Positions 51,315-63,566 of a stretch of 64,000 nt of DNA are shown here, piece by piece. The notes below the pieces were generated by a model, which worked only from the letters and a program-made list of their open reading frames with translations, was not told where the DNA came from and did no database searches. Made by a program: the position numbers and the translations under genes. Origin of the DNA: Octopus sinensis. Taxonomy: Eukaryota. The stretch is taken from the NCBI RefSeq assembly GCF_006345805.1, contig NC_043009.1, positions 9,858,001 through 9,922,000 on the forward strand, in the 5' to 3' direction. How positions within the stretch are numbered: the first letter of the stretch is position 1; the number at the start of each line of letters is the position of its first letter.

Positions 51315-52792
51315 ATGTGTGTGCACACCCACAAATTAGGCAGTAAGACGGCAAAGGGTACTGGTGAGATTTGGCAAGCTGACCCTTGGACACAAAGGGT
51401 TGGGGATGCACCAGCCTGATGATGAATTTTTAGAGTAATTGGTTCAGCCCTTTAGCATTCAGATGACTGTCAAATGTAATGTTTATTTACTTAGATTATT
51501 TGGATTTAATCATAGCTCATAGCTTTGAAATGTTCATGAAGTGATTGTTTATTTTTAGAATGACATTGTAGTGTAGGTATGAGAGGTTGGATCTGGACTG
51601 TTTGAACATAAAACAAGTGGGCTGTTTTGGCTGGATATAGTCAGTTTAAATGCTAAAGGGTTAAAATTTGAATGCACAGGCAATATTTTGCTTGGAGAAC
51701 AAGTTCCACACCATACCTGCATTATACAATTGGTTGACCGGTTAGAACCAGCAGTAAAATCTCCTGCAAATTTCCAACCTTATCATCTTAAAAAAGGTAA
51801 GTACACATTGGACATTGTTGTTGTTTGTTCCTTCTCAAGCCATGCCTGGCTCATAAGGGCCGGTTTCCCTGTTTCCTAGGCGTATAGGTTCCCCACCTGG
51901 ATGGGATGCTGGTCCATCGCAGGTGAGCTGCAAGATGCAGGAGGAAAGAGTGAGAGAAAGTTGTGGCGAAAGAGTCAGCAGAAGGTCGCCATTACCTTCT
52001 ACCAGAGCCGCATGGAGCTTAGGTGTTTTGCTCATAAATACACACAGCCCGATCTGAGATTCAAACCCGCGATCCCTCGACCGTGAGTCCGCTGCTCTAA
52101 CCACTAGGCCATGTGCCTCCACTACGCATTGGACATATTTGATGTTATATAGTTCTATAAGGCAGTGAGCTGGTGCAATCATTAGCATGCTGGGGAAAAT
52201 GCTTAGTGACATTTCATCAGTCTTTACGGACTGAGTTCAAATTCTGTCAAGGCTGATTTTACTTTTCATCTTTTGGAGTTCAATAAAATAAATACCTGTT
52301 GATCACTGGAGTCGAGATAATTAATTTACCCCCTCCCTGAAATTGATGGCCTTGTATCAAATTTTGAAATTAATATTATACATAATTCTGGAATAATTGT
52401 GTGAAAACAAATTAAAAAAAAAGAAGAATAGGGATGGTCATGGTTGGAATGCCTTTGATTGTAGATCTACTGGATCAGTGGCTAACCCTCAGGTAGTTAA
52501 TCAACATCAATTATCATCATTATACTATACTACATGTAATTACAATACACTGACCAACACCTTGTGAGTGAATTTTGTAGACTGTGTGAAAGGTCATTTT
52601 GCGGGAGTATGTGTATGTGTGTGTGTGTGTGTGTGTGAGTGTGGCCTTGTGTTTGTCCCCACTTCCACTGCTTGATACCCAGCATTGATTTGTTCTTGTC
52701 CTCATAACTTAACGGTTCAGCAAAACGGTCTGATAAAACAAGAACCATATTTACAAAAAGAAAAGTACCGGGGTCAATTTGTTCAACTAAAC

Positions 52793-53068
52793 CAGGGGTT
52801 CCCAAACCTTTTCAGGCTGCCACCCCCTTGACACCCAGGCCACATTCCTAGTGCCTGCACCCCAACTAACCACCACAAACATAGACCTCTTTCTGAAGCA
52901 AATTCAAAGCAACTGTATTTCAGAAGTAAAACTTAAACTAGAGAACCCATTATTTTGTTGGTTTTACATGAATTACTACACCATTATCACCCCCACTTTT
53001 CTTCAACGCCCCCTTGAAACTTTTCACCGACCCCAGAGGGTCAATACCACCCACTTTGACAACCACTG
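52793..53068. mobile_element. hAT-like MITE (CAGGGGTT..AACCACTG); related CAGTGGTTCTCAA elements at about 10843-11386, 21983 and 33416
   Basis: 8-bp TSD AACTAAAC/AACTAAGC (7 of 8 match) and CAG termini. Confidence 0.75.
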
Positions 53069-53601
53069 AACTAAGCCATTCAAAGCAAGTGTCCCAGCAT
53101 AACTGCAGTTCAATGGCTAAGTCAATAGAGAAAAGATAAAAATATTATGGATCTTTTCGGTTTGACTGGCAGTTTTTTCTAGCGGTGTCATATGAAACTG
53201 TCACCCATAATTATGACCCTAGTATCAATTTATTGCATTTCAATCTGTTTTAGGGTTAGATGTGGGGGGGAAGGGTATCTTTTTATCTTCACAAATGTAA
53301 ATAAACCCAATCTGTTTCTTAAACGAGGGACATATTCATAGGGCACAGAATGATTTCACCTCCAAAAGACGTCATTGATTGGTTGAAATTGCAGAAATTC
53401 AAGAAAAAAACAACAAATATCTTACAAACTATAGAATTTTCTCAATAAAGCCAAGAGAAAAAGATGTTTTATAAACACATTCTACCAGTATACGAAGTTT
53501 AAGTGTTTAGTTACGTGGAAATTATTTTAAAAAACTGCCGTTCAAACCGAAAAGATCCAATATTACTAATAGTCATGATAGTGGTAGCATGCGTCGAAAC
53601 G

Positions 53602-53643
<42 letters not shown>

Positions 53644-54131
53644 ATAGTAGTATGGTTCAATTAGAAGGATATGAAATGTCTTGACAAATAATAAAGTGCA
53701 GCGAAAAGATACATAGTTTTTCCTTCTTTTTCTTGTGAATTTTTTTCTTCTTTTTCTTTCTCGGTCACTTTTCTTTCTAATCTTTTCCGTCTTACTGGCA
53801 TCCTTTTATCACAGAATGGCTGATAATAAAGAAACTATTAACATTAGACCATTCTCGTTCACCAAAATCGATTATTACACACACACACACACACTTGTGT
53901 TTGAAATAATGCAATAAAACAAACAGGTGTTCAATAACAGACTTGACCATCTTGACATTTTCTTTCCAAACACAGCTGTCCTTCTCTTCATCGTCATTTG
54001 ATGTTGTTATACATAACGCCGAGTCGGCAGTGATGGAGCAGATCTTTCATGTGATCAAACAATCGCCATCCGTGACCATCCAGTCTTTATCTATTTTGAT
54101 AATAGATGTCACATCCCGGCCTACATTGTCT

Positions 54132-54493
54132 GGAAGCACTCCGTCGAGGGTTCCGGTTGATCCGATCAACGGAACAGCCTGCTCGTGAAATTAACGTGTA
54201 AGTGGCTGAGCACTCCACAGACACATGTACCCTTAACGTAGTTCTCGGGGATATTCAGCGTGACACAGAGAGTGACAAAGCCGGCCCTTTGAAATACAGG
54301 TACAACAGAAACAGGAAGTAAGAGAAAGTTGTGGTGAAAGAGTACAGCAGGGATCACTACCATCCCTGCCAGAGCCTCGTGGAGCTTTAGGTGTTTTCGC
54401 TCAATAAACACTCACAACGCCCGGTCTGGGAATCAAAACCGCGATCCTACGACCGCGAGTCCACTGCCCTAACCACTGGGCCATTGCACCTCC
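54132..54493 (-). mobile_element. SINE family D (tRNA-like head GGAGGCGCAATGGCCCAGTGGTTAGGGCAG)
   Basis: 12-bp TSD CCTACATTGTCT on both sides. Related copies at about 9700-9997, 16516-16797, 32318-32560, 43555-43780 and 51890-52125. Confidence 0.85.
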
Positions 54494-56269
54494 ACCTACA
54501 TTGTCTACTGCGCTCTTAAGACGGTAAAGTACGAATTGTGGAAGGAGTGCGATTTGGTAGCTATTTCTAGCGGGTAAGCCATCATGTACAGGCTCACATT
54601 TCGTAATTTGAAGAAGAGATGACGATGATGATGATGACGGTACCTACAGAAAGACAAACGATAGGAAGGAAAACGGATCTTTTCGGTTTGACCGGCAGTT
54701 TTTTAAAATAATTTCCACGTAACTAAACACTTTTAAACTTCGTATACTGGTAGAATGTGTCTATAAAACATCTTTTTCTCTTGGCTTTATTGAGAAAATT
54801 CTATAGTTTGTAAGATATTTGTTGTTTTTTTTTCTTCAATTTCTGCAATTTCAACCAATGAATGACTGTCTATTGAGGTGAAAACATTCTGTGCCATATG
54901 AATATGTCCCTCGTTTAAGAAACAGATTGGGTTTATTTACATTTCTGAAGAAAAAAAGATACCCTTCCCCCCACCCCTAACCCTAACTAACCCTAACTCT
55001 AACCCTAACCCTAAAATAGATTGAAATGCAATAGATCAATACCAGGGTCATAATTATGGGTGACAATTTCATATGACACCGCTAGAAAAAACTGCCGTTC
55101 AAACCGTAAAGATCCAGAATAAGTCCTGGGGTCAATTTGCTCGACTAAAGGCTCCAGCATGGCCGCAGTCAAATGACTGAAACAAATAAAAGAATAAAAG
55201 ATTACAATTCCTAATAATTATAAAAATACAGTAAGATTTTCTTATATACTGCAGATGGTTATGGCGGTCCAGTAGAGTGAAACAGTCCAAAATAAATAAA
55301 TAAACAAACAAAATGGGCGGGATACATTAGATAATGGAGTCCTTGATGCAATGTGTATGCAAACAAAAAGAAGAGATAGTAACGCTGGAACGCCTTTGAT
55401 AAGAGATCTGCACAATGATCAATATTTAGGACTATAGAGATAATTGATTCTTAGATTCCTGCAGAGAGTAAAACCAGTGCCGTCTTAAGGTATGGGTATA
55501 CTGGGCAGTTACCTGGGGGTTACATGAGTCTAGGTAGGGTTGAATTAACCAATAAGCACAATAAGAATGGTCTTAGGCCATCAAGGGAAGTGGGGTGGTA
55601 CCACAGAAAGGGTGAATGGTCTACGGCACAAAAGAAATCACTTTAAACTTGCTAAAATAATATTTGAAGTGGTTTATATGATTGGGGAAAAAAAATTATG
55701 GTTTATTATTGTTTATATTTTGAATTACATATATATAAGGCGGCACCAAAATCATTTTAAGTGCTTGGGCTCTCTATGGGTCTTAATCTAGCTCTGGCTC
55801 TAGGGCCCTATTATTATGATCTATGCACACTGTCAATAAATGAATATAAAAAGGTAGCGTTCTGGCTGAATTGTTAGCTCGCCAGACAAAATGCTTAGTG
55901 GCGTTTCATCCGCCCTTACGATCCGAGTTCAAATTCCGTCGAGGTTGACTTTGCCTTTCATCATTTCAGGGTCGAAAAAATTAACTACCAGTCAAGCATT
56001 GGGGTCGTTGTAATTGACTTAACTCCTCCCCCAGAATTGCTGGCCTTGTGCCAAAATTTGAAACCAATAAATAAATACGACGGGGCCTGTGCATTAATTC
56101 AGCTGGGCCGGGGGTGGGGATTACAATAGCACTAAGGTAAATCAATCAATAGGTAAAACGATTAATGACCAGTAAGGACATTAATATACTGGATAGAGTC
56201 CGTGCGACAATACGAAATTCAGCTCTTTCCAAAGAATCCAAATACATCAAAAACCAAAATAACAAATGA

Positions 56270-56646
56270 CTAGCACTATGACCTGGCGCTGCCGGGTCGT
56301 AGTGCTAGTGCATGCATATACAGCTGCATGCGTGTGCACATACACGCGAGTACTGTCCAAATCTCCGACCAATCACATACAGCTAGCTGGCATTCAATTG
56401 GCGTATCAAGTTTCGGGCATTTTGATTGGATTTTGGATAGAAAATTCACAAAAACACGTCACTTCTATTGATTTTTTTAATGGCTTTGCAAGGTGACTGG
56501 GGAAATGTAAAGATATGCACGACCACCCTTGGACGGTTTTGAATGACCATAGAAAGTGCGAGCCCTCTAACTGAAAAATTGTGGATTTGTATAAAGGACA
56601 CACACACACACACAGACAGACATTTTACCGTTTATATATATAGAGA
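56270..56646 (-). mobile_element. Helitron family 2, copy 4
   Basis: TC...CTAG termini and hairpin as in the other copies. Confidence 0.82.
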
Positions 56647-56812
56647 TTGCTATAAGTATATATAAACAGTACATGTGTGTTTATTATTGATTGGCATAAT
56701 GACCCACCCATGATACAACAAAATCTGTTCCAACATACAAGTTCACATCCAAGAACCTTACAAACCAAATACAAAAGCCGAAATATATAAACAGATTTAC
56801 CGATAAGAATTT

Positions 56813-57023
56813 GGTACTATTTAAGAAGAATGGTCCCGGTGTGCGCACTCGCGTATTCGCGCATCCGCACTAGCTAGTCATGACCAGTAATCCTTACTTT
56901 GTGTTTTTGTATTTTATTTACTTTGCTAGGTAGTCGGTGTATGATCGACTAGTCACCACTAGCTAGCGCGGATGCACGAGTATGCGAGTGCGCGCACCGG
57001 GACCACCCTTCTTAAATAGTACC
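56813..57023. mobile_element. 211-bp MITE with GC-rich TIRs of about 75 bp and a 9-bp TSD (Merlin- or MULE-like)
   Basis: TIR GGTACTATTTAAGAAG..GGTCCCGGTG(T/C)GCGCACTCGC..; TSD TAAGAATTT at 56804-56812 and 57024-57032. Confidence 0.88.
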
Positions 57024-57327
57024 TAAGAATTTATTATAATAATCAGGTAACCAACCACAATTTTTGGTTAAACAATGAAACAAAACAAATGTGGAAAATG
57101 GATAATTTATTATTGTTGTTAATGAACGTCACAAGGTCATATTTTATTTAATACTTCGATACCTAATATGGCATCCTTTAATTAAATATATAAGAAGTGC
57201 TTTTATTAAATTATAATTGCTGTTTTGCTACAATTACATAGCTAATTAGCATTTATTACAATAAAAATGTCTAGTTCAAGAACTTCTGACGACTCTCTCC
57301 ATGTGTCGATTGTGTTAAATATTTCTT

Positions 57328-57408
<81 letters not shown>

Positions 57409-57809
57409 CACTTTGGACAAATGTCTTCTAGAGTTCCAAGCCGAAAAACTTTGTGAGAGGATTTGGTAAATGGAAACTGAAAGAAGCCTGTCATGTGAGT
57501 GTGTGCGCACGTGTTTTTATTATCTCCACCCCCAACTGCTTAACGATAGGAGTTGGTTTGTTTACGTCTCTTAACAGTTTGAAAAAAAGAGTGATAGAAT
57601 AAGTACCAGACTTTAAAAAATAATTACTAGGCTCGATTTGTTCAAGGCAGTGCTCCAGCATTGCCGCAGTCCAATGACTGAAACGAGTAAAAGATAAAAG
57701 ACAGGCAAACACACACACACACATTCTTACTCAGAATTAAGTTTTGGCAAAAGTGAAAGCTTCTGTAAAACCGAAAGTGAAAGTGGAGGGTTATAAAGTG
57801 CTTATTTGG

Positions 57810-58485
57810 GGAAAGACGACTGTCGCGTCAGTTCCTCGTAGACCATAAAGAATTCTCAAGAACTCTGTGGATGAGATGACACACAAGTCACCTCATAGTT
57901 GTGGAGATAAATGAACAGAAATATTTCTTTACGAAAGACTGATTTCCGAAGCTTATCATCGGCATTTCTGATGTGTAGCCAGTATAAAGTGGCGTTTGGA
58001 ATAATGGTAGGATTTTCATATATATTACTCTAATATCGCTTTCGGTGGTTATGATGTATGTATGCATGTATTTTTATGTATGGGTTAATAAGCAGTTTAC
58101 TGTAGTAAAAAAATATGTATTTGTCCCCGCTCCCCACCAAAAATGAAACAAAATTGCGACAGAAACTGGAAGCGACAACAATGACAATAAAATTTCATAA
58201 AACACATTTGATATCCAATGGGTGGGTGTTCTATGTGGGCCTCGGCAACTTATATACACAGTAGGTTATCACACACTCAATTTTCTTGATCCAAACGATG
58301 ACAGCATCCAAACACAGACTATAGAAGGGCGATGGATGCTTGCCAAAATGAAAGTAAAACAGTCTGTCATGGTGATATCTTTCCACCATATCTTTATGAA
58401 TATGGGTGACGAAACGAATTCAGAGATCGTGGAAAAGTATGCACGAATCTTGTTTCGTGGGTCAATGGCTGTTGTTTCCTCGTAA
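57810..58485 (+). pseudogene. Merlin / ISXO2-like (IS1595-family) DDE transposase remnant
   Basis: Ordered motifs IVVEINEQKYF (about VEIDES), AYHR, FG, KKYVFVP, LISNGW..Y.GL (about ISDGWRAY), NFLDP..IQTQTIEGRW (about NFVDP..HTQTIE.W). Contains stops and frameshifts. Confidence 0.75.
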
Positions 58486-59539
58486 ATGTGATTTTTATCA
58501 TCTTTTGTTTTACTCTTTTACTTGTTTCAATCATTTCACTGCAGCCATGCTGGAGCACCGCCTTTAGTTGAGCAAATCGACCCCAGGACTTATTCTTTGT
58601 AAGCCTAGTACTTATTCTATCGGCCTCTTTTGCCGAACCGCTAAGTTACAGAGACGTAAACACACCAGCGTCGGTTGTCAGGCGATGTTGGGAGAGGGGG
58701 ACAAACACAGACACACAATAACGCATATATATACATATACACGACGGGCTTCTTTCAGTTTCCGTCTACCACTCACAAGGCTTTGGTCGGCCCGAGGCTA
58801 TAGTAGAAGACACTTGCCCAAATGCCACGCAGTGGGACTGAACTCGGAACTATGTGGTTGGTAAGCAAGCTACTTACCACACAGCCACTCCTGCGCCTAT
58901 ATAATATATATACGAATTTTATGTCAAATAAAATATGTGTACGTTCCATACTTTGGTTGTATCACATACATTGTATACATGAAATTATGGGATGTCATTG
59001 TAATCACTCCCAATTTTTAACGCAATTTTGTCTCCTTTCCAGACAATTTACTCTCACTATTTTACAACAATCCGGATAAATTGTATTCACCTCAATAGAC
59101 GTCATTGATTGGTTGAAATTGCCAAAATTCAAAAAATTAAACAACAAATAGCTTACAAACTACAGAATTTTCTCATGAAAACCAAGAGAAAAAGATGTTT
59201 TATAAACACATTCTACCAGTATACAAAGTTTTAAAGTGTTTAGTTACAAAGAAATTATTTTAAAAATCTGCCGGTCAAAGTGAAAAGATCCGTTATGTAT
59301 ACTAATATGTATGTGCATATGTATGTTTGTATCCATAAATGTTAATATGTATTGTAACAAAAACAATGAAACATTAACACTAACAACAAGCTTTCATTAT
59401 TGAATACATTAGCACTATTCTTTATGTGTACACTACATACATACATATGTATTATACATACACATACACACACGGTCAACACAGCTTCAGATCAAATAAT
59501 TTGCCAGGCATAACACCACCGAAATATAATGTATGTATA

Positions 59540-59585
<46 letters not shown>

Positions 59586-59651
59586 ATATATATATACATG
59601 TATATATATATGTATATTTATCTATATATGTATATTTATCTATATATATAT

Positions 59652-59883
59652 AACAAAAACAATTGCAGCGTGGAAGGTGTTTATAAGCCATTTAAGAAAT
59701 ACACAAAGCCGTTAGATTCACTTCAACATCTGCAGCATGAAGCTTTGTCAGTGAACAGGTTGTGGTCTCAAAGCGGTGAGAATATTTTGGCAAATTAAAT
59801 TAAAATGTTGAAGTGAATCTAACGGTTTTTGTGTGTTTCTTCAATGGCTTATAAACACCTTCCACGCTGCAATTGTTTTTGTT
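59652..59883. repeat. Near-perfect inverted repeat of about 78 bp with a 75-bp spacer containing a hammerhead-like fold
   Basis: Arms at 59652-59729 and 59805-59883. Confidence 0.9.
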
Positions 59884-62154
59884 CCAGCACACGATCTCAG
59901 TTCAAGTCACTCGCTATGCAAGTACAGCAGTAATCGTATTCAGTTGAATACACGTCATTGATTGGTTCAAATTACCGAAAAACTACAACTTTAACGTGAA
60001 ATAACTTCCTAAATATAAGCTTTTCTCAAAAATGCTAAGAGTAAAAGACGTTTTATATGACACATTCTACCAGTGTCTGAAGTTTGAAAGTGTTTAGTTA
60101 CAAAAAATTATTTTAAAAATCTGTCGGTCAAAAGGTAAAGATCCGATCCCAGTACTTTTTATCTTTTTTAAACCAGGTACTTATTTTATCGAAGTCGAAC
60201 CGCTAAGTTACGGGGACGTAAACACACCAGTATCGGTTGTCCAGCGATGTGTGTGTTGGTGGTGGTGGTGGTGGTGGTGGGGGACAAAGACACACACATA
60301 CATATACGAAGGCGTCTTTCGGTTTCTAGCAATCAATTCCACTCACAGGGCTTTGGGTGGCACAAGGCTAGAGTAGAAGACACTTCTCCAAGGTGTTAGG
60401 CAGTGGGACTGAACCCTGAACTGTGTGGTTGGCAAGCAAGCTTCTTACAACACAGCCATGCCTGTGCCTATATATCTACAAATGTTTCATTAAGAGATGT
60501 TATTGTGATGTAACATTATATAAGAAGGTATGTGTACACGGGCAAAATTTATAAGATTATGCAATACAATACAATTTATCTCACAGGTCTTCATGTTATA
60601 CTACAATTAAAACATTGAAATAATGATATGCTGCTAAGTTGAAGGCCTTAAAATATATATATATTCCAAAGAATCTAGTGCTCTTAGATTAGATTTTTTT
60701 GGGGCCAGCCAGATTGGAGCAATCTTGAGTGTAACTGACCAAAACTGCAACGACAATCTGGAACTCGAATGACGATTGAAAACTCCGAATGACCTGTCCT
60801 TATTTTTTCCTGTCCTTCTTTGTATCATCTAACTGTCCGGATGTTTTGTTGTCGCCTGTTATGTTCGTTTTCCATTTTTTTAATATATATACATATAGCG
60901 GTGTACGCACACTTTTGCTCTCCTACACACACACACACACACATATATATGTATAAGCATGTCCCCTGCATCCCTCTTTTAGCTGAGAGATCCTAGGCTT
61001 GCAGGCTCATGGATGCTGGTGCCATGTAAATGTACCTGTGCAGGTGTCACATAAAAGCACCTGTGATGGTGCCTTATAAAAGCACCTGAGCTGGTACCAT
61101 GTAAAAGAACCCATGCCAGTGCCTTATGAAAGCACCTGTGCTGGTGCCACCCAAAACCATCCAGCACATTCTGCAAAGTGGTTGGCATCAGGAAGGGCAT
61201 CCAGCCAAAGAAACCATGCTAAAACAGAGAAATGGAGCCAGGGAGGTTCTCTAGCTGGTCAGCTTCTGTCAAACCGTCCAACCTATGCCGACATAGAGAA
61301 CAGACGTGAATTGACCAAATTTGGCAGGGATATTCAGAAGCAACATGAAGAATAATATATATGAACAAAAAAAAATCATGAGTCTTAGGCCTCCTGGGGT
61401 AATGCAGGAATGAGTCAAGAAAATAAATATAGAGAAACAAAGTGGGCCGGAGTGACATTGTGGAGTATAGAAACAGTTTGTAATGTCAAAGTCTGTTTTT
61501 TTTTCTTTGTTTTCAAGTCTCCCATTAATTTCTGTTTGACATACACAGTTTCTCCTTTTCCTTGATGTGTGTATATATGTGTGTATGTGCATATATATAT
61601 ATATATATAAACATACAAAGAGAGAAAGAAGGAATATATCTTTTGAAATGTTGACATTAAAATTTCACATTTAAAAGTCATATCTTTGGAAAGTTAGTAT
61701 AAAGTTCCATATACCATGGAAGAGAGAAGATAATTTATATTTCCATTTTAAATTTAAATTTGTTTATATTTCTAAGATAATCAGCTTTTATGCTCCGTCC
61801 ATTAGAGCCCTTGTTTTTATGTGTGAGTATATCTCAAATTTATATAAAAAAAGATTAATGGTCCAATTTGCAGAGCATTATAGAACATTATAAAAATATG
61901 AGCATATTTAAACATAAACCAATGAAATAATTTCTATACCTACCATAGTAAAATGTATGTAATAACTATGAAATATAATTGTTTATATATAGGTGCAGGA
62001 GTGGCTGTGTGGTAATTGGCTTGCTTACCAGCCACATGGTTCTGGGTTCATTCCCACTGCATGGCACCTTAGGCAAGTGTCTTCTACTATAGCTTCGGGC
62101 GAGACCAAAGCCTTGTGAGAGGATTTGGTAAACAGAAACTGAAAGAAGCCCGTC

Positions 62155-62196
<42 letters not shown>

Positions 62197-62650
62197 ATGT
62201 ATATATTTGTGTGCCTGTGTTTGTCCCCCCAACATCGCTTGACAACCGATGCTGGTGTGTTTACGTCCCCGTAACTTAGCGGTTCGGCAAAAGAGGACGA
62301 TAGAATAAGTACTAGGCTTACAAAGAATAAGTCCTGGGGTCGATTTGCTCGACTACAGGCGGTGCTCCAGCATGGCCACAGTCAAATGACTGAAACAAGT
62401 AAAAGAGTAAAAAAAGTAAAGAGTATATGAGAAATTTTAACAATGACTACAGTCCAATAAACATTAGTTGTATATTTTTGTGTGAAACGTAACTGTCCTC
62501 ACAGTAATGTTAAACAAACTGGTAGAATTTTTTTAAATAAGCATTATTTTATATCAAATCTTTACTAGTTTAAATGTTAAACAATGAAAGAAATCATCTT
62601 CTACCTTTGATGGTAATAACTAAGTTTCTGAAGATGTGATTTTCAAATGA

Positions 62651-62986
62651 AGAATTTTAATAACCTATTTAAATCTCAGACAGCTCAAGCACAATACTCA
62701 TGGTCCAAACTTATTTCAGGATCTCAGACCAGCTACTCAATATGTCTGTGCAACATACTGCAAAACTCACCTGAGAAGATGCCTTTACGATGATAATGCA
62801 GACTGGAACACTATCTTGGAAGAGGTAGTGTATCTCTACAATCTTACATTCTCCAAACAAAATGAAGAGCCGTTTTCCTATCATTTTCTGCACTATCCAT
62901 TCTCCAGCAAGTTTGGCATAATTACCAGGGATCATGACAGAAGACAATTTATCAAGAGCATCAAGAATAAGATAATTTACATCTAG
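62651..62986 (+). other. Stop-free 111-codon frame with weak similarity to the retroviral-type integrase C-terminal core
   Basis: KTHLRRCLYDDNADWNTILEEVVYLYNLT resembles the K..LR....D...DW...L....F.YN pattern of Gypsy/Ginger integrases. Flanked by ttatttcag| at 62719 and |gtagtg at 62825. Confidence 0.35.
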
Positions 62987-63566
62987 AGTTTATCATTGCC
63001 ATAGAGCTGGCAGAAACGTTAGCACGCTGAGCGAAATGCTCAGCAGTATTTTGTCTGTCACTACGTGCTGAGTTCAAATTCCGCCGAGGTCGACTTTGCC
63101 TTTCATCCTTTCAGGGTCGATAAATTAAGTACCAGTTACGCACTGGAGTCGATGTAATCAACTTAATCCGTTTGTCTGTCCTTGTTTGTCCCCTCTGTGT
63201 TTAGTCCCTTGTGGGTAGTAAAGAAATAATATACAACAAAGCACTGACCTCCATTGAAAATACTGTACAGTCCATCATTAAGAAAGGATATTCAGTGTGA
63301 ACTACGAGTCTCAGTATGAACTACAGCTGTAACTCTCAGTTGAGAGATCCTCCCATTTAACAAGTGGAATAGTATGTTCACCAAAATGAAATACTCCAAA
63401 TAAAGCATTTGGTGGCATCTGACATGAAAGGAATAGTGCTTCTGGTGGCACAGGCCAAACTATTTGGTTCAGTTTAATTTTAGCAAAAGTTTGTTCACTG
63501 AAGCAGATTGGTATTAAAGCATCCTCATATGGAATTTGCTCACAAGTGGCAGAACTGCTCATTCTG

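Noticed and set aside
53816-53917. Plus-strand ATG (MADNKETINIRPF...) after a pyrimidine tract
   Set aside because: Short, runs into a (CA)n repeat and a stop, and has no convincing donor or homology.
54975-55012. Telomere or chromosome-fusion scar
   Set aside because: The CCCTAA tract is an internal part of a dispersed MITE that is seen with the same tract at 28.8 and 53.3 kb.
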